64,000 bases of DNA from an uncultured Verrucomicrobiota bacterium (GCA_964625855.1 CAZVFC010000013.1:130671-194670), one strand, 5' to 3'. Positions 29,248-38,914 are shown, counted from the stretch's first letter. Numbers and translations are program-made. Notes: generated from the sequence alone by a model not told the origin.

Positions 29248-30856
29248 AATACTATACGTCGAAGACCACGCGCCTTACGCCGAACGCGTCGCCAAGGCGA
29301 TCAGCCCGGACCCGGTGGGTGCGGACAAAGCAGCCGGCTCTCCTTCTGAGTCTCGCCCACTCTCGCTAAAAGTAATCCCCAAGCCCGAGCAGCTACCCGA
29401 AGAGCTGAAGGCCAATTACGACCTCCTCCTTGCAGATCTCCTTTTTCCCGACGAAACTGGAGAGGAAGTGAATAGACTGGACGACATCATTCGCTTCGCC
29501 CAAGAGTGGAGTAAGGCCAACCAGTTCGAACGACCGCTCCCCATAATCGCGTACACCCGGCGTGAAAAGGGGGCCCTCGACTACTGCCTCCAACGGCGAG
29601 ATGCACTTTTCGACATCTGGGATAAGGCCTCGGCATCCCCGCCTTACGCGGCCTGGCGACTGACACGCCTCGCCGTAGAACTCGCTCGCGTGCGGCCCGA
29701 CGCCCTGCTGGAGCGCCTAATTCGCACCATGCCCCCAGGCGCGAGTTGGCACGCCCACGTCCGGGAAATGGCGCTGCGCTACGGGAACGGTTGGACCGAG
29801 GCCGACCAAATTGAACAGGCGGGACGTTGCATTCTCGACATTGCCTCCGAACTGGACGTCTTCAATGCCTGCAAGACCTACTGGGGCGCCATGTCCGACT
29901 GGGAGCCGCTTGGTCGTGCGGTATCCCGGCGGGCACGCGGTCACGCCCGGCACGTCATCAATGTCTTCTGGCTAGGCTACATTCTCCTACACAATCCGAA
30001 CTGTCGGCCATGGTTCGAACAAGCATGGAGGCGACTCCTGACTGACCGCACCGATATGAAGTGCGTGAGAGGAGTGGATCCGATTGAGGCGCTGAGCAAC
30101 TGCTGGTTCTACGGGAGTCTCTTTCACGATTCTGCACACTGCGTTGAGGAGTGGGAGAGCGTTCCCAAGAAGGGCGAGGATGTCCTCACGGTATTCCATG
30201 ATTTTGTTAACGTCAGGACCGGCAAGGGCGCTCTCTCGAAAGCCCTGAAAGAATCCGCCGAAAAGCTTTTTCGCGACCTGGGTGCCGACGTCTCCACGCG
30301 CCTGAAACCCCTTTGGAAGAAGAACTTGGGGGATAGGCATCCAGATCACGGCGTGGTCGCCGGCGCCCACATCATCCGAAAAATCAAATCAAAGGACAAC
30401 CCGCATCAACATTGCTTCGTCCGGGAAGCAGCCCGGGCCATGGCAATTCACAACCTTGTCGGTAAGCTCCCAGCCACGCCCGATGCCTTCCTGTCGTGGG
30501 ACAAACATCCCATTGCATGTATGCTGCTGCTCTGCGATCAAATTCAAACTTGGGACCGCGAACGCGCCGACAAGAAGTTGAGTGAAAAGGACGAGCCGGA
30601 GCGGGCGGAGTTGCTCGATTTTAACGTGACCAAGGTGACTGATCATACCGCGGTCTCTCTGGCAATCGAGTACGTTGCTCCCCGCCACTTGGATCATGCC
30701 CCCGAGGTCTTCAGACGTGTCAAAGATGACCTCGAAGAGGTGATCGAAGAGAAGCCTAAGGCCGCTCTCAGTCGGATCAAGCGTCCTTGGCCTTTCTCTG
30801 TATCTGTCAAATGTTGGCTCAGCGGCAAACCACTGACCCGGAAAATGGATTTCTGA
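29237..30856 (+). CDS. Response-regulator receiver fused to an HD-superfamily phosphohydrolase
   Basis: REC: ILYVED, LLLADLLFP, IIAYT, DIWDK. HD: H..HV..V, LFHD, DHG, AIHN, LLLCDQIQTWDR. ATG 29237 overlaps the upstream gene by 11 nt. Confidence 0.8.
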   Translation: MSFKILYVEDHAPYAERVAKAISPDPVGADKAAGSPSESRPLSLKVIPKPEQLPEELKANYDLLLADLLFPDETGEEVNRLDDIIRFAQEWSKANQFERPLPIIAYTRREKGALDYCLQRRDALFDIWDKASASPPYAAWRLTRLAVELARVRPDALLERLIRTMPPGASWHAHVREMALRYGNGWTEADQIEQAGRCILDIASELDVFNACKTYWGAMSDWEPLGRAVSRRARGHARHVINVFWLGYILLHNPNCRPWFEQAWRRLLTDRTDMKCVRGVDPIEALSNCWFYGSLFHDSAHCVEEWESVPKKGEDVLTVFHDFVNVRTGKGALSKALKESAEKLFRDLGADVSTRLKPLWKKNLGDRHPDHGVVAGAHIIRKIKSKDNPHQHCFVREAARAMAIHNLVGKLPATPDAFLSWDKHPIACMLLLCDQIQTWDRERADKKLSEKDEPERAELLDFNVTKVTDHTAVSLAIEYVAPRHLDHAPEVFRRVKDDLEEVIEEKPKAALSRIKRPWPFSVSVKCWLSGKPLTRKMDF

Positions 30857-30883
30857 CCTGGCCGCCTTCGAATACACACCACC

Positions 30884-31105
30884 ATGACCTCCCCCCAAGT
30901 CCGCTCTGAACTCGTCGAACCCCTCAAGCTCGACCTCGTCGGCCCCGACAACGACCACGCCTTTGCCCACGAGCTGCTTCCGGACGCGCCCTCACGCTGG
31001 TATCTCTCGGGCTTTCTCGTTCCCTCAGAGGCCCCCGCCGACCGGAAGACCGGCGAAACCTCCACCGACGAAAATGACAGCGGCGGCGACACCGGCGGCA
31101 CGGAC
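30884..31105 (+). pseudogene. drmA: 5' fragment of drmA (second, diverged copy)
   Basis: 30908-31105 matches 35417-35614 at 184/198 nt, then breaks. Confidence 0.9.
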
Positions 31106-31114
31106 CACGTCAGG

Positions 31115-31559
31115 CTGATGGTGCGCAACAACGAGGGCCTGACAAAAGCCTACAACCGCTTCCACGACCCTGAGGAAACCTCGCCCGACATTCTCCGCCT
31201 GCGCGCACTCCACGCGGCCATGGACCGCGCCGTCCTCGAAGCCTACGGCTGGTCTGAGCTCATCCCCCAGTGCCAGTGCGAATTCCTGCTCGATTACGAA
31301 GACGAAGAAGATGGCGCCGAGGAAACCGGCCGCCGCCGCAAGAAGCCCTGGCGCTTCCGCTGGCCCGACGAGGTCCGCGACGAAGTCCTCGCCCGCCTCC
31401 TCAAACTCAACGCCGAGCGCGCCGAGCAAGAAGCGCTGGCCGGCCTCACCGCCGCCGCCGGTAAGAAGAGGCTGAATAACCCGCGTGCCAGACCCTGCTC
31501 CGCTGCCCCACCCCCAAGGCGACATCATCCCCGGCCCCCAAACCGACCTCTTCGCCTAA
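31115..31559 (+). pseudogene. drmMI: C-terminal remnant of a DrmMI-like methyltransferase, copy 2
   Basis: About 70% amino-acid identity with copy 1 over ~100 residues. Fused in frame to the drmA fragment. A plausible original end (PQTDLFA*, stop 31557-31559) lies in another frame, implying a frameshift near 31470. Confidence 0.75.
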
Positions 31560-31744
31560 ACTTCGCCCCTGGCAAAATCATGTCTCCGAGTTCCGAAGAA
31601 ACGGCCTCGCTTTGCGTGCTTTGCGTTCTTTCGCGGCCATCTCCCTCCTGGCTTTCGGCTTCGACATCCCGCACCACATCCAGGTTATTTGCGGATTATG
31701 TGCAAAAAGCTATACAACATTGTACTCTGTGACATATTTATAGC

Positions 31745-33058
31745 ATGTTAATCGAGTTTAGAGTAATAAACTTCAAATCTTTCCGAGAGGAGCAAACGCT
31801 CAGCCTCGTCGCCTCCAATTACGACAAAGAGCTTCCCGGGAACTTGATTGAACCGCCTTTGCCCGGTCTCAAGGACACGCGAGTGCTCAAAGGGGCGGGG
31901 CTTTATGGAGCTAATGCTTCCGGAAAAAGCAACCTGCTAACGGCTTTATTCACGGTCCAGGACTTGGTTCGGGAATCAGCCGACGCCAAGCCCGAGGCGC
32001 CTTTGTCGGCGGAGCCGTTCGCGCTCGCCAAAGATGCGGCGTCAGACCCAGTTGTCCTGGACGTGACGTTCATGGCTGCGGGGACGCGGTATGAGTATGC
32101 CATCGCGCTGTCAGTTGAGCGTGTTTTGGCGGAGCGGCTAACTGCCTATCCTGAAGGAAAGGCACAGCTTTGGTATGACCGCATCTGGAACCCGAGTACG
32201 CGTTCCTACGAATGGACGCCGGACCGTTCCGCGTATTACCAGCGGGACGCCAAGCGTGTCGAGTTCACTCGGCCTAACGCCCTTTACCTCTCGACGGCCG
32301 TCAAACTGAACGACGAGCAATTGGCGCCAGTCTATGCGTGGTTCACCAAGCAAGTGCATTTCCTGAATCTAGCCGCCGATGGCGGAATCGGCGCCGGGTT
32401 CACCGCGTCGCTGTTGCGGGACAAGTCTCCGCTCGGAAAGAAGGTCGTGGACCTGCTGCGCCACGCCGACCTCGGGGTATGCGGCGCTCAGGCGATCGAA
32501 AGGGCTTGGGCAAGGGAGGATTTCCCTGAGGATATGCCCCGGGAAGTGGTGGAAGAAACTAAGAAATCCAAGCGTCTCGAAATCTCGCTTACGCACCAGG
32601 GTGTTGCGGAAGCCACGCTTGAACTGCCGTGGGAAGCTGAGTCCGCCGGAACACGCCGCTTCTTCGGTTTAGCCGGCCCGTGGCTGGACATTCTCACCAA
32701 TGGGTATTTGGTGTGCGTTGATGAACTCGACACCAGTATGCACCCCTCGATGGTGTTTGAACTGCTCAAGCTGGTTTTCAGCGCTGAGCACAACCCCAAG
32801 GGGGCGCAAATCGTATTTACCACCCACAACCCGCTCCTCCTCGACCCCACCCTGATGCGCCGCGACCAGGTCTGGTTTACGCACAAGAAACAAACCGGCG
32901 AGTCATTCTTATATCCGCTTACCGACTACAAGCCGCGCAAGGGCGAGTCCCTGGTGCGTGGATATATGTCTGGCCGCTACGGTGCGGTGCCGTTCATTCC
33001 TCGTGGACTGATGGACAACGCCGTGCCGCCCAGGGAGGAAGCGGTTCATGGCCGCTAA
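31745..33058 (+). CDS. AAA_21 / RloA-like ABC ATPase (abortive-infection associated)
   Basis: EFRV.NFKSF, GANASGKSN, ESAGT, VDELD.S.HP, FTTH, Y..GRYGAVP. Confidence 0.9.
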   Translation: MLIEFRVINFKSFREEQTLSLVASNYDKELPGNLIEPPLPGLKDTRVLKGAGLYGANASGKSNLLTALFTVQDLVRESADAKPEAPLSAEPFALAKDAASDPVVLDVTFMAAGTRYEYAIALSVERVLAERLTAYPEGKAQLWYDRIWNPSTRSYEWTPDRSAYYQRDAKRVEFTRPNALYLSTAVKLNDEQLAPVYAWFTKQVHFLNLAADGGIGAGFTASLLRDKSPLGKKVVDLLRHADLGVCGAQAIERAWAREDFPEDMPREVVEETKKSKRLEISLTHQGVAEATLELPWEAESAGTRRFFGLAGPWLDILTNGYLVCVDELDTSMHPSMVFELLKLVFSAEHNPKGAQIVFTTHNPLLLDPTLMRRDQVWFTHKKQTGESFLYPLTDYKPRKGESLVRGYMSGRYGAVPFIPRGLMDNAVPPREEAVHGR

Positions 33059-33376
33059 ACCCGGCCCCTTGCGGCCCCACGAGGAGCGCCGGACCTACAC
33101 CAGGCGTCGGCCAGTCGAGCCCCCGCCGGACCAGCCGGGCCTTGGTGATTCCTTTCTGATTCTCACCGAGGGTGAGGTCACCGAGCGGATGTACTTCGAG
33201 GCCTTGCGCACAGTATTGCTCGTCAACCCCGTGACGGTGCGGGTCGTCCACCCGGGCTGCACGGACGCGGAGGGTCTTGTGCGGGCGGCAGTGCAGGAGC
33301 GGGACGCGGCGCCCCAACGCCGCGACCGCTGCGAGGCGGGCAACCGACAAGTGTCTCACTACGACCACGTCTGGGT
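33048..33376 (+). pseudogene. RloB-domain protein, 3'-truncated
   Basis: LILTEGEVTE..YF TOPRIM-like start and YDHVWV. The expected VFD continuation is replaced by unrelated sequence. Confidence 0.75.
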
Positions 33377-33736
33377 GACCAGAACCGACAAACGGCCCGC
33401 TTACGCGAAGCGATCGCGGCTGGCCTTGTTTACGAGAGCAACCCCAAGCATAGGGCACCGTGGCAAGCCGGTCGGCGCGGCTCCCTCTGCCCAAGAGATA
33501 TTACCATCCAACAGGCCCAGGAATTGCTCAATTCGAGTATTCTCTGTGGCAAGAAACGATACGCGGCTGATAGGCAAGGCCACCCTTACTGCGCTCAGGC
33601 GCACGAACCAACCCGCGGACGCTGGCACGGTTACCCCGTCGCTTGGAAGGAAGTGCCCGTTGAGGTCCAAACAACCTTCGTGCAGAAGGGCCTTGTCTCA
33701 ACCCGTCAAATAAGCGACTTTTGGGAAGGATTTTGA
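33377..33736 (+). pseudogene. 5'-truncated small toxin/RNase-like ORF upstream of the ImmA gene
   Basis: Frame without a start codon reads LVYESNPKHRAPWQAGRRGSLCP...KRYA...WHGYPVAWKEVP...GF*. The ORF track shows only its last 70 aa. The stop lies 3 nt before the next start. Confidence 0.6.
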
Positions 33737-33739
33737 TAA

Positions 33740-35311
33740 GTGCATCACTACGGAACATATGGGATGGGTGACCGGGAGAAGTTCTTCTTCCAGTTGGCCT
33801 TCGAGCCATCCGCAGACCCCGCTTTTGTCGCGTCCGAAGAAGATGCCCTTTCGTGGGGAAGCTTCCAGATGTGGGTGGGAGGCCGGAACCTGTGCCGCTA
33901 TGCTGTTGGGACGGAAGAAAGCCAATCCGTGTACTGGCATCTCTTCCCGTTCATGGAGTGGTTGGTGGAGCACTGGGACTACCTCTTCCACGAGCAACGG
34001 CCTCCCATCCGGAACGCAGCTCAGTTCGCCTGGCAATCGTTGGCCGAAACGAACTCACCCTTGGCGCTGGAGCACGGAGGCGATTGGGACTTTGCCGCCG
34101 CGGCTAGGAATGCCGAGTGGTCCGCCCGCCACTCCATCACGACATGCCGCGAAGGCGGATTGTTCCCCGGAGTCGTATTCCGGCGGTTCTGGAGCGATGT
34201 CGAAGTCTCGTGGGGAGACAAACCGCCGCCGGGGGCGCCGGCTGGCTTCCGATTCGTTGAAAGCGGCGGAGCCGCCCGCTTGCCTGTTCCCCTCGTCGCC
34301 GAACCCATCCACAACGTCCTCGCGGTAGCCGTTAAGGCATTGCGGCGCAGCCTGCCCGAAAACAAGAGACTTGCCCTCCTGGAAAAGCAGCTCGGCGATT
34401 TGCCTGCCCCTGAGCACCAACCGCGCCGGTTGGCAATCCTGGCGGGCCTCGGGGAGAATCCGAAACAATGGACCAAGCGATGGCTCTCGCTCCAGCAGGC
34501 GCTCGCCAAGGAGTTCGCTGACACCAAGGATACACTGGCGCATTTGTTCGGCGGCGATGCTAGAAATGCGCTCGTGGTTCAGGGCAGTTGCGAGGGAGCA
34601 CTCATGTTCGGAGCGGCGGCCCCCACGCTCCGCGAGCGAGACGTCTTCAATCTGGCCAGCCGTCTCGTCCGGCACTCAACCAGCGCGGCCGCGCAAGACA
34701 AGCTGGCCCCCCACGCCACGTATCGCCCACCCAATCCGCGCGCCTCTTTGCCCTGGCAAGAAGGTTACCAACTCGCGCAAGAATGGGCGAGATCGAGCCA
34801 CCTTGATAACCCCACCCAGCCGGTGGATGTCGAAGCCCATCTCAACGCTTTTGGCGTGACGGTAGATGAATTGGCGATCGAGGACGAGCAGATCGGTGGC
34901 GTAGCCATCGCCCGTGAAAAGCGAAATCCCCTAATTCTTTGGAACAGCCGTAACCCGCGGAATAAGTATCCATCCGGGCGGCGGTTCTCCTTGGCTCACG
35001 AACTGTGCCACCTCCTCTACGACCGGCGGGCCGGCGCAGAGTTGGCACTGATCTCAGGCCCCTGGGCTCCCATAGAGCTGGAGAAACGTGCCAACGCCTT
35101 CGCTGCCATGCTCCTGATGCCTGACGCTCTGGTGGAAAGGGCGTTTGCTGGCACAAGCGGCGGAGCATCCCGCCCGTCGTTTGAAGATCTCCTTGCAGCG
35201 GCCAAGAAACTCCAAGTCAGTGCGAACGCGCTCGCGCACCATCTCTCCAATCGTGGTTGGATTTCCCCAGAGATGAGAGACCTGTTGCTGGAGCAAGTGA
35301 TCGATCGGTAA
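33740..35311 (+). CDS. ImmA/IrrE-family metallopeptidase with a large N-terminal domain
   Basis: RRFSLAHELCHLL (HExxH) and E.RANAFAAMLLMP, with an HTH-like C-terminus. Confidence 0.88.
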   Translation: MHHYGTYGMGDREKFFFQLAFEPSADPAFVASEEDALSWGSFQMWVGGRNLCRYAVGTEESQSVYWHLFPFMEWLVEHWDYLFHEQRPPIRNAAQFAWQSLAETNSPLALEHGGDWDFAAAARNAEWSARHSITTCREGGLFPGVVFRRFWSDVEVSWGDKPPPGAPAGFRFVESGGAARLPVPLVAEPIHNVLAVAVKALRRSLPENKRLALLEKQLGDLPAPEHQPRRLAILAGLGENPKQWTKRWLSLQQALAKEFADTKDTLAHLFGGDARNALVVQGSCEGALMFGAAAPTLRERDVFNLASRLVRHSTSAAAQDKLAPHATYRPPNPRASLPWQEGYQLAQEWARSSHLDNPTQPVDVEAHLNAFGVTVDELAIEDEQIGGVAIAREKRNPLILWNSRNPRNKYPSGRRFSLAHELCHLLYDRRAGAELALISGPWAPIELEKRANAFAAMLLMPDALVERAFAGTSGGASRPSFEDLLAAAKKLQVSANALAHHLSNRGWISPEMRDLLLEQVIDR

Positions 35312-35389
35312 TCTTCATTCTTCATTCGCTGCCTGCAAATTTAACTCGCAGGACGGTCAGGTTCTGGTCAAGCTCCCCAAGGAGAAACC

Positions 35390-38300
35390 ATGAGCACTTC
35401 ATCCGCGATCCGCAGTGAACTGGTCGAAGCCCTCAAACTCGACCTCGTAGGCCCCGACAACGACCACGCCTTTGCCCACGAGTTGCTTCCGGACGCGCCC
35501 TCACGCTGGTATCTCTCGGGCTTCCTAGTTCCCTCAGAGGCCCCCGCCGACCAGAAGACCGACGAAACCTCCTCCGAAGAAATTGACAGCGGCGGGGACA
35601 CCGGCGGCACCGACGACGACACCGAGCCCGACCGCGCCGCCGCGCGCAAAAGCATCCTGCCCTCCTCGATGGGCCTCAGCGTCCTGGTCCCTCCGGGCAT
35701 CGAAACCCTGAATGCTATCGTCGCCTGGGGCGATTACGTGTACGAAGGTGCAGACCAGGAACCCGCCGTCTCCGCCCCAACCTTGGAAAGCCCGGACGAA
35801 CTGCACGACAAACCAGCCCCCTCCGGCGCCCCTCAAGACCCCAACGATCCAACAATCCAACAATCCAAGACTCCACCCCAGCCGAGAGGCTACCGCCGCG
35901 ACCCGAGGGAAGAGAGCGTCTCCATCGCTCTGCCCGCACCTGGCGGCAAGCCGAACCAATTTCTCGTGCCAAACAGCGGCGGCCTCACCCTGAGCGTAAC
36001 CGTCCGCGCCGTGCCTGCCGCCGGTCACGCTTCCACCCGTTTGCCTGCCGGCGCTCGCTCCGTCTCCGTTTTCCTCGTCAACCATCGCCCACCCAACAAG
36101 GAACGCGGCTATCGCGCCTTTGCCTTCCAAACCTGCCTTAAGCTCATCGCTCCGCAGCCCTTCACACCCCGCCCTGACCTGCGCGGCACCCTCTCGGGCG
36201 CGGCTACCGAAGAATGGGACGAGCAAGTTGCCGATCTCCAGTTCCGCGACGTTTTCGAATACGCCGTTGGCCACGGTGTTTCCGCCACTGCCGAGCACGA
36301 GCCGGGCGGCGCTTGCCGCGTTGTGAAGACCACTTGGATTCCGACCGCCGAAGTCGAGAAGGTTTCCCCGGCTCCAATCCCTGACGTGGAGTTGCGAATC
36401 GAAGCGCTCGGCGCGCTCGCCGACCACGCCGAGGCACAAGCCAAGCTTTCCCCGCTCGTCGCTCACTACCGAGAATGGTTGGACGACCAACAGAAGAAAG
36501 CGGCGGCGGCAAACCTCGAAGCCCGCCACGCTCAGACCGCTCAAGACCTCATCCTCTCCGCCCGGCACACCGCCGACCGCATCCAGGCCGGCATCGCTGC
36601 CCTCGCGGACCCGCAGTTGCTCGACGCCTTCCGCATCGCCAACCGCGCTATGGCCGCCTCTGCCCGGCAACGCGAGCTCGTCCGCCACCAGGGCGACGCC
36701 AGCAAAGTGCAGCCGCCCACCTGGTATCCCTTCCAGCTTGCTTACATCCTGATGAATCTCCGGGGCATCTTCGACCCCACGCACCTGGACCGCGAGACGG
36801 TTGACCTCCTCTTCTTCCCGACCGGCGGCGGCAAAACCGAGGCGTACCTCGGCCTCGCTGCCTTCGCTATGGTGCTGCGCCGCCTCCGGCACCCCGGCAT
36901 CCGCTCCGCCGGCGTTTGCGTCTTGATGCGCTACACTCTCCGCCTGCTCACCTTGGACCAGTTGAGCCGCGCTGCTGCCGTTATCTGTGCGCTCGAATTG
37001 GAGCGCGAGAAGGATACGGAAAAGAAACTGGGCGAATGGCCGTTCGAAATCGGACTCTGGGTCGGCTCCGCCGCCACCCCCAACCGCATGGGCCGGCGTG
37101 GCGACACCAGCTCCGCGGCGAAGTACACCGCCTACACCAAGACGATGCACTTCCAGAAGAATTCCAACAGCAACCCCGCGCCTATCCCCATTGAGAATTG
37201 TCCCTGGTGCGGCCACAAGTTTGACCGCAACTCCTTCCGCCTCGTTCCTAGCGTCAACGCGCCCACCGACCTGCGGGTTGTCTGCGTCAACCCTAAATGC
37301 ACCTTCTCCGGCGACCGATTTCTGCCGGTCCTCGGAGTTGACGAACCTATCTACCGCCGCCTGCCCGCCTTCCTCATCGCCACCGTTGACAAATTCGCCG
37401 CCCTGCCATGGACCGGCGAAACGGGCGCCCTTTTCGGTTTGGTTGACCGCTACGACCAGGAAGGTTTTTACGGCCCCTGCGATCAGAAGCACGGCAAAGC
37501 TCTCGGCGGGCCCTTGCCGCCCCCCGAACTTATTATCCAAGACGAGTTGCACCTGATCTCCGGTCCCCTCGGAACCATCGCCGGAGTTTACGAAACCGCC
37601 ATTGACATGCTCGCCACCAGGACCGGCGGCGAAATCACGCTCCGACCCAAGATCATCGCCAGCACCGCCACCGTCCGGCGGGCCGAGGCTCAGATCCACG
37701 CCCTGTTCGAGCGTAATCATGTCGCCATCTTCCCGCCGCCAGGCCACGACCGGCGAGATTCCTTCTTCGCCCTGACCGAGCCTTCGGCCACCACCGCCGC
37801 CCGCCTCTACGTCGGCGTCGCCGCCCAGGGACGCAGCCTCAAAGTCGTCTTGCTCCGCGCCGGGCTGGCCCTGCTCAGCGCCGGCCAGACTGCCTACCAG
37901 CGCGAAGGCGGCAAGGCCAACAAGCAGAACCCCACCGACCCTTACATGACGCTCTTGGGCTATTTCAACAGCCTCCGCGAGTTGGGCGGCAGCCGCCGGA
38001 TCGTCGAAGATGAAGTGCGAACCCGCGTCCAGCAGTACTCCCGCCGCAAACGCCGCGACGCTGCCGACAATCTCTTTTCCGCTCGCAACATCACCTACGA
38101 AGTTTTGGAACTCACGTCCCGCGTCTCCACCGGCGATGTCGCCACCGCCAAGCGCCGCCTGGCCCTGCCGTTCCACGAGGACGAACGCGTGGACGTCGCC
38201 CTGGCCACCAACATGATCTCCGTCGGCTTGGACATAATCCGGCTTGGCCTCATGGTCGTGCTGGGCCAGCCAAAAACCAGCGCCGAATACATCCAGGCCA

Positions 38301-38914
38301 CCAGCCGCGTTGGCCGCGACCCCAATCGCCCCGGCTTGGTCGTAACGTTGCTCAACGTCCACAAGCCCCGCGACCGCTCCCACTATGAGCGGTTCGAGAT
38401 GTACCACGCCACCTTCTACCGCGCCATCGAAGCCACCAGCGTCACCCCCTTCTCGCCCCGCGCCCTCGATCGCGCCTTGCCCGCGGCCCTTGTCGCCCTC
38501 TGCCGCCAGGGGATGCCCGCTTTGACCCCGGCGCTTGGCGCAACCGGGATTCTCACCTTCCGGGCGATGCTCGACCGCTTCGCCACCCGCTTTGCGGACC
38601 GCGCCCGCAACCACGACCCGAGCCTCACCCCCGCTGCGGCGCAGGAGTTGGCCGACAAAGTCCTCCACCGCTGCGGCCGCTTGCTGGACGACTGGCGCAA
38701 CATCGCCGACGAGTTCCAACAAACCAACACCAAGCTTCAGTATCAGCAGGAAGTCGGCGCCGCTCAGCGCCTCCTCTACCCGTTCCTCCATCCCGATTTG
38801 CCGAACCTTCCCCCCGTGCGCCGGAAGTTCCGCGCCAATCGCTCTATGCGCGACGTGGAACCAAGCGTGGATCTCGGTGTCAAGAATTTGAACGATTGGA
38901 CGCAAAGACCATGA
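35390..38914 (+). CDS. drmA: DISARM SF2 helicase DrmA
   Basis: FFPTGGGKTEAY, MRYTLRLLT.DQ, QDELHLISGPLG, ASTAT, ATNMISVGLDI, YIQATSRVGR. Precedes DUF1998 and PLD genes. Confidence 0.92.
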   Translation: MSTSSAIRSELVEALKLDLVGPDNDHAFAHELLPDAPSRWYLSGFLVPSEAPADQKTDETSSEEIDSGGDTGGTDDDTEPDRAAARKSILPSSMGLSVLVPPGIETLNAIVAWGDYVYEGADQEPAVSAPTLESPDELHDKPAPSGAPQDPNDPTIQQSKTPPQPRGYRRDPREESVSIALPAPGGKPNQFLVPNSGGLTLSVTVRAVPAAGHASTRLPAGARSVSVFLVNHRPPNKERGYRAFAFQTCLKLIAPQPFTPRPDLRGTLSGAATEEWDEQVADLQFRDVFEYAVGHGVSATAEHEPGGACRVVKTTWIPTAEVEKVSPAPIPDVELRIEALGALADHAEAQAKLSPLVAHYREWLDDQQKKAAAANLEARHAQTAQDLILSARHTADRIQAGIAALADPQLLDAFRIANRAMAASARQRELVRHQGDASKVQPPTWYPFQLAYILMNLRGIFDPTHLDRETVDLLFFPTGGGKTEAYLGLAAFAMVLRRLRHPGIRSAGVCVLMRYTLRLLTLDQLSRAAAVICALELEREKDTEKKLGEWPFEIGLWVGSAATPNRMGRRGDTSSAAKYTAYTKTMHFQKNSNSNPAPIPIENCPWCGHKFDRNSFRLVPSVNAPTDLRVVCVNPKCTFSGDRFLPVLGVDEPIYRRLPAFLIATVDKFAALPWTGETGALFGLVDRYDQEGFYGPCDQKHGKALGGPLPPPELIIQDELHLISGPLGTIAGVYETAIDMLATRTGGEITLRPKIIASTATVRRAEAQIHALFERNHVAIFPPPGHDRRDSFFALTEPSATTAARLYVGVAAQGRSLKVVLLRAGLALLSAGQTAYQREGGKANKQNPTDPYMTLLGYFNSLRELGGSRRIVEDEVRTRVQQYSRRKRRDAADNLFSARNITYEVLELTSRVSTGDVATAKRRLALPFHEDERVDVALATNMISVGLDIIRLGLMVVLGQPKTSAEYIQATSRVGRDPNRPGLVVTLLNVHKPRDRSHYERFEMYHATFYRAIEATSVTPFSPRALDRALPAALVALCRQGMPALTPALGATGILTFRAMLDRFATRFADRARNHDPSLTPAAAQELADKVLHRCGRLLDDWRNIADEFQQTNTKLQYQQEVGAAQRLLYPFLHPDLPNLPPVRRKFRANRSMRDVEPSVDLGVKNLNDWTQRP
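35841..35872 (+). repeat. Octamer array inside drmA
   Basis: CCAACGAT CCAACAAT CCAACAAT CCAAGACT. Confidence 0.7.

Noticed and set aside
24076-30856. Calling the pair Detocs or a normal two-component system
   Set aside because: No HisKA His-box or PIN domain was seen, the REC is fused to HD, and double PRTase domains are not part of those systems.
30884-31732. 282-aa ORF as a genuine new fusion protein
   Set aside because: It is a drmA stub joined to an MTase tail, and its last ~85 residues come from read-through past the probable frameshift.
35534-38905. 1123-aa minus-strand ORF, and similar long antisense ORFs (e.g. 42605-44305, 59501-61120, 11546-12394)
   Set aside because: They mirror well-supported genes on the other strand, carry no motifs, and are expected from high-GC codon bias.
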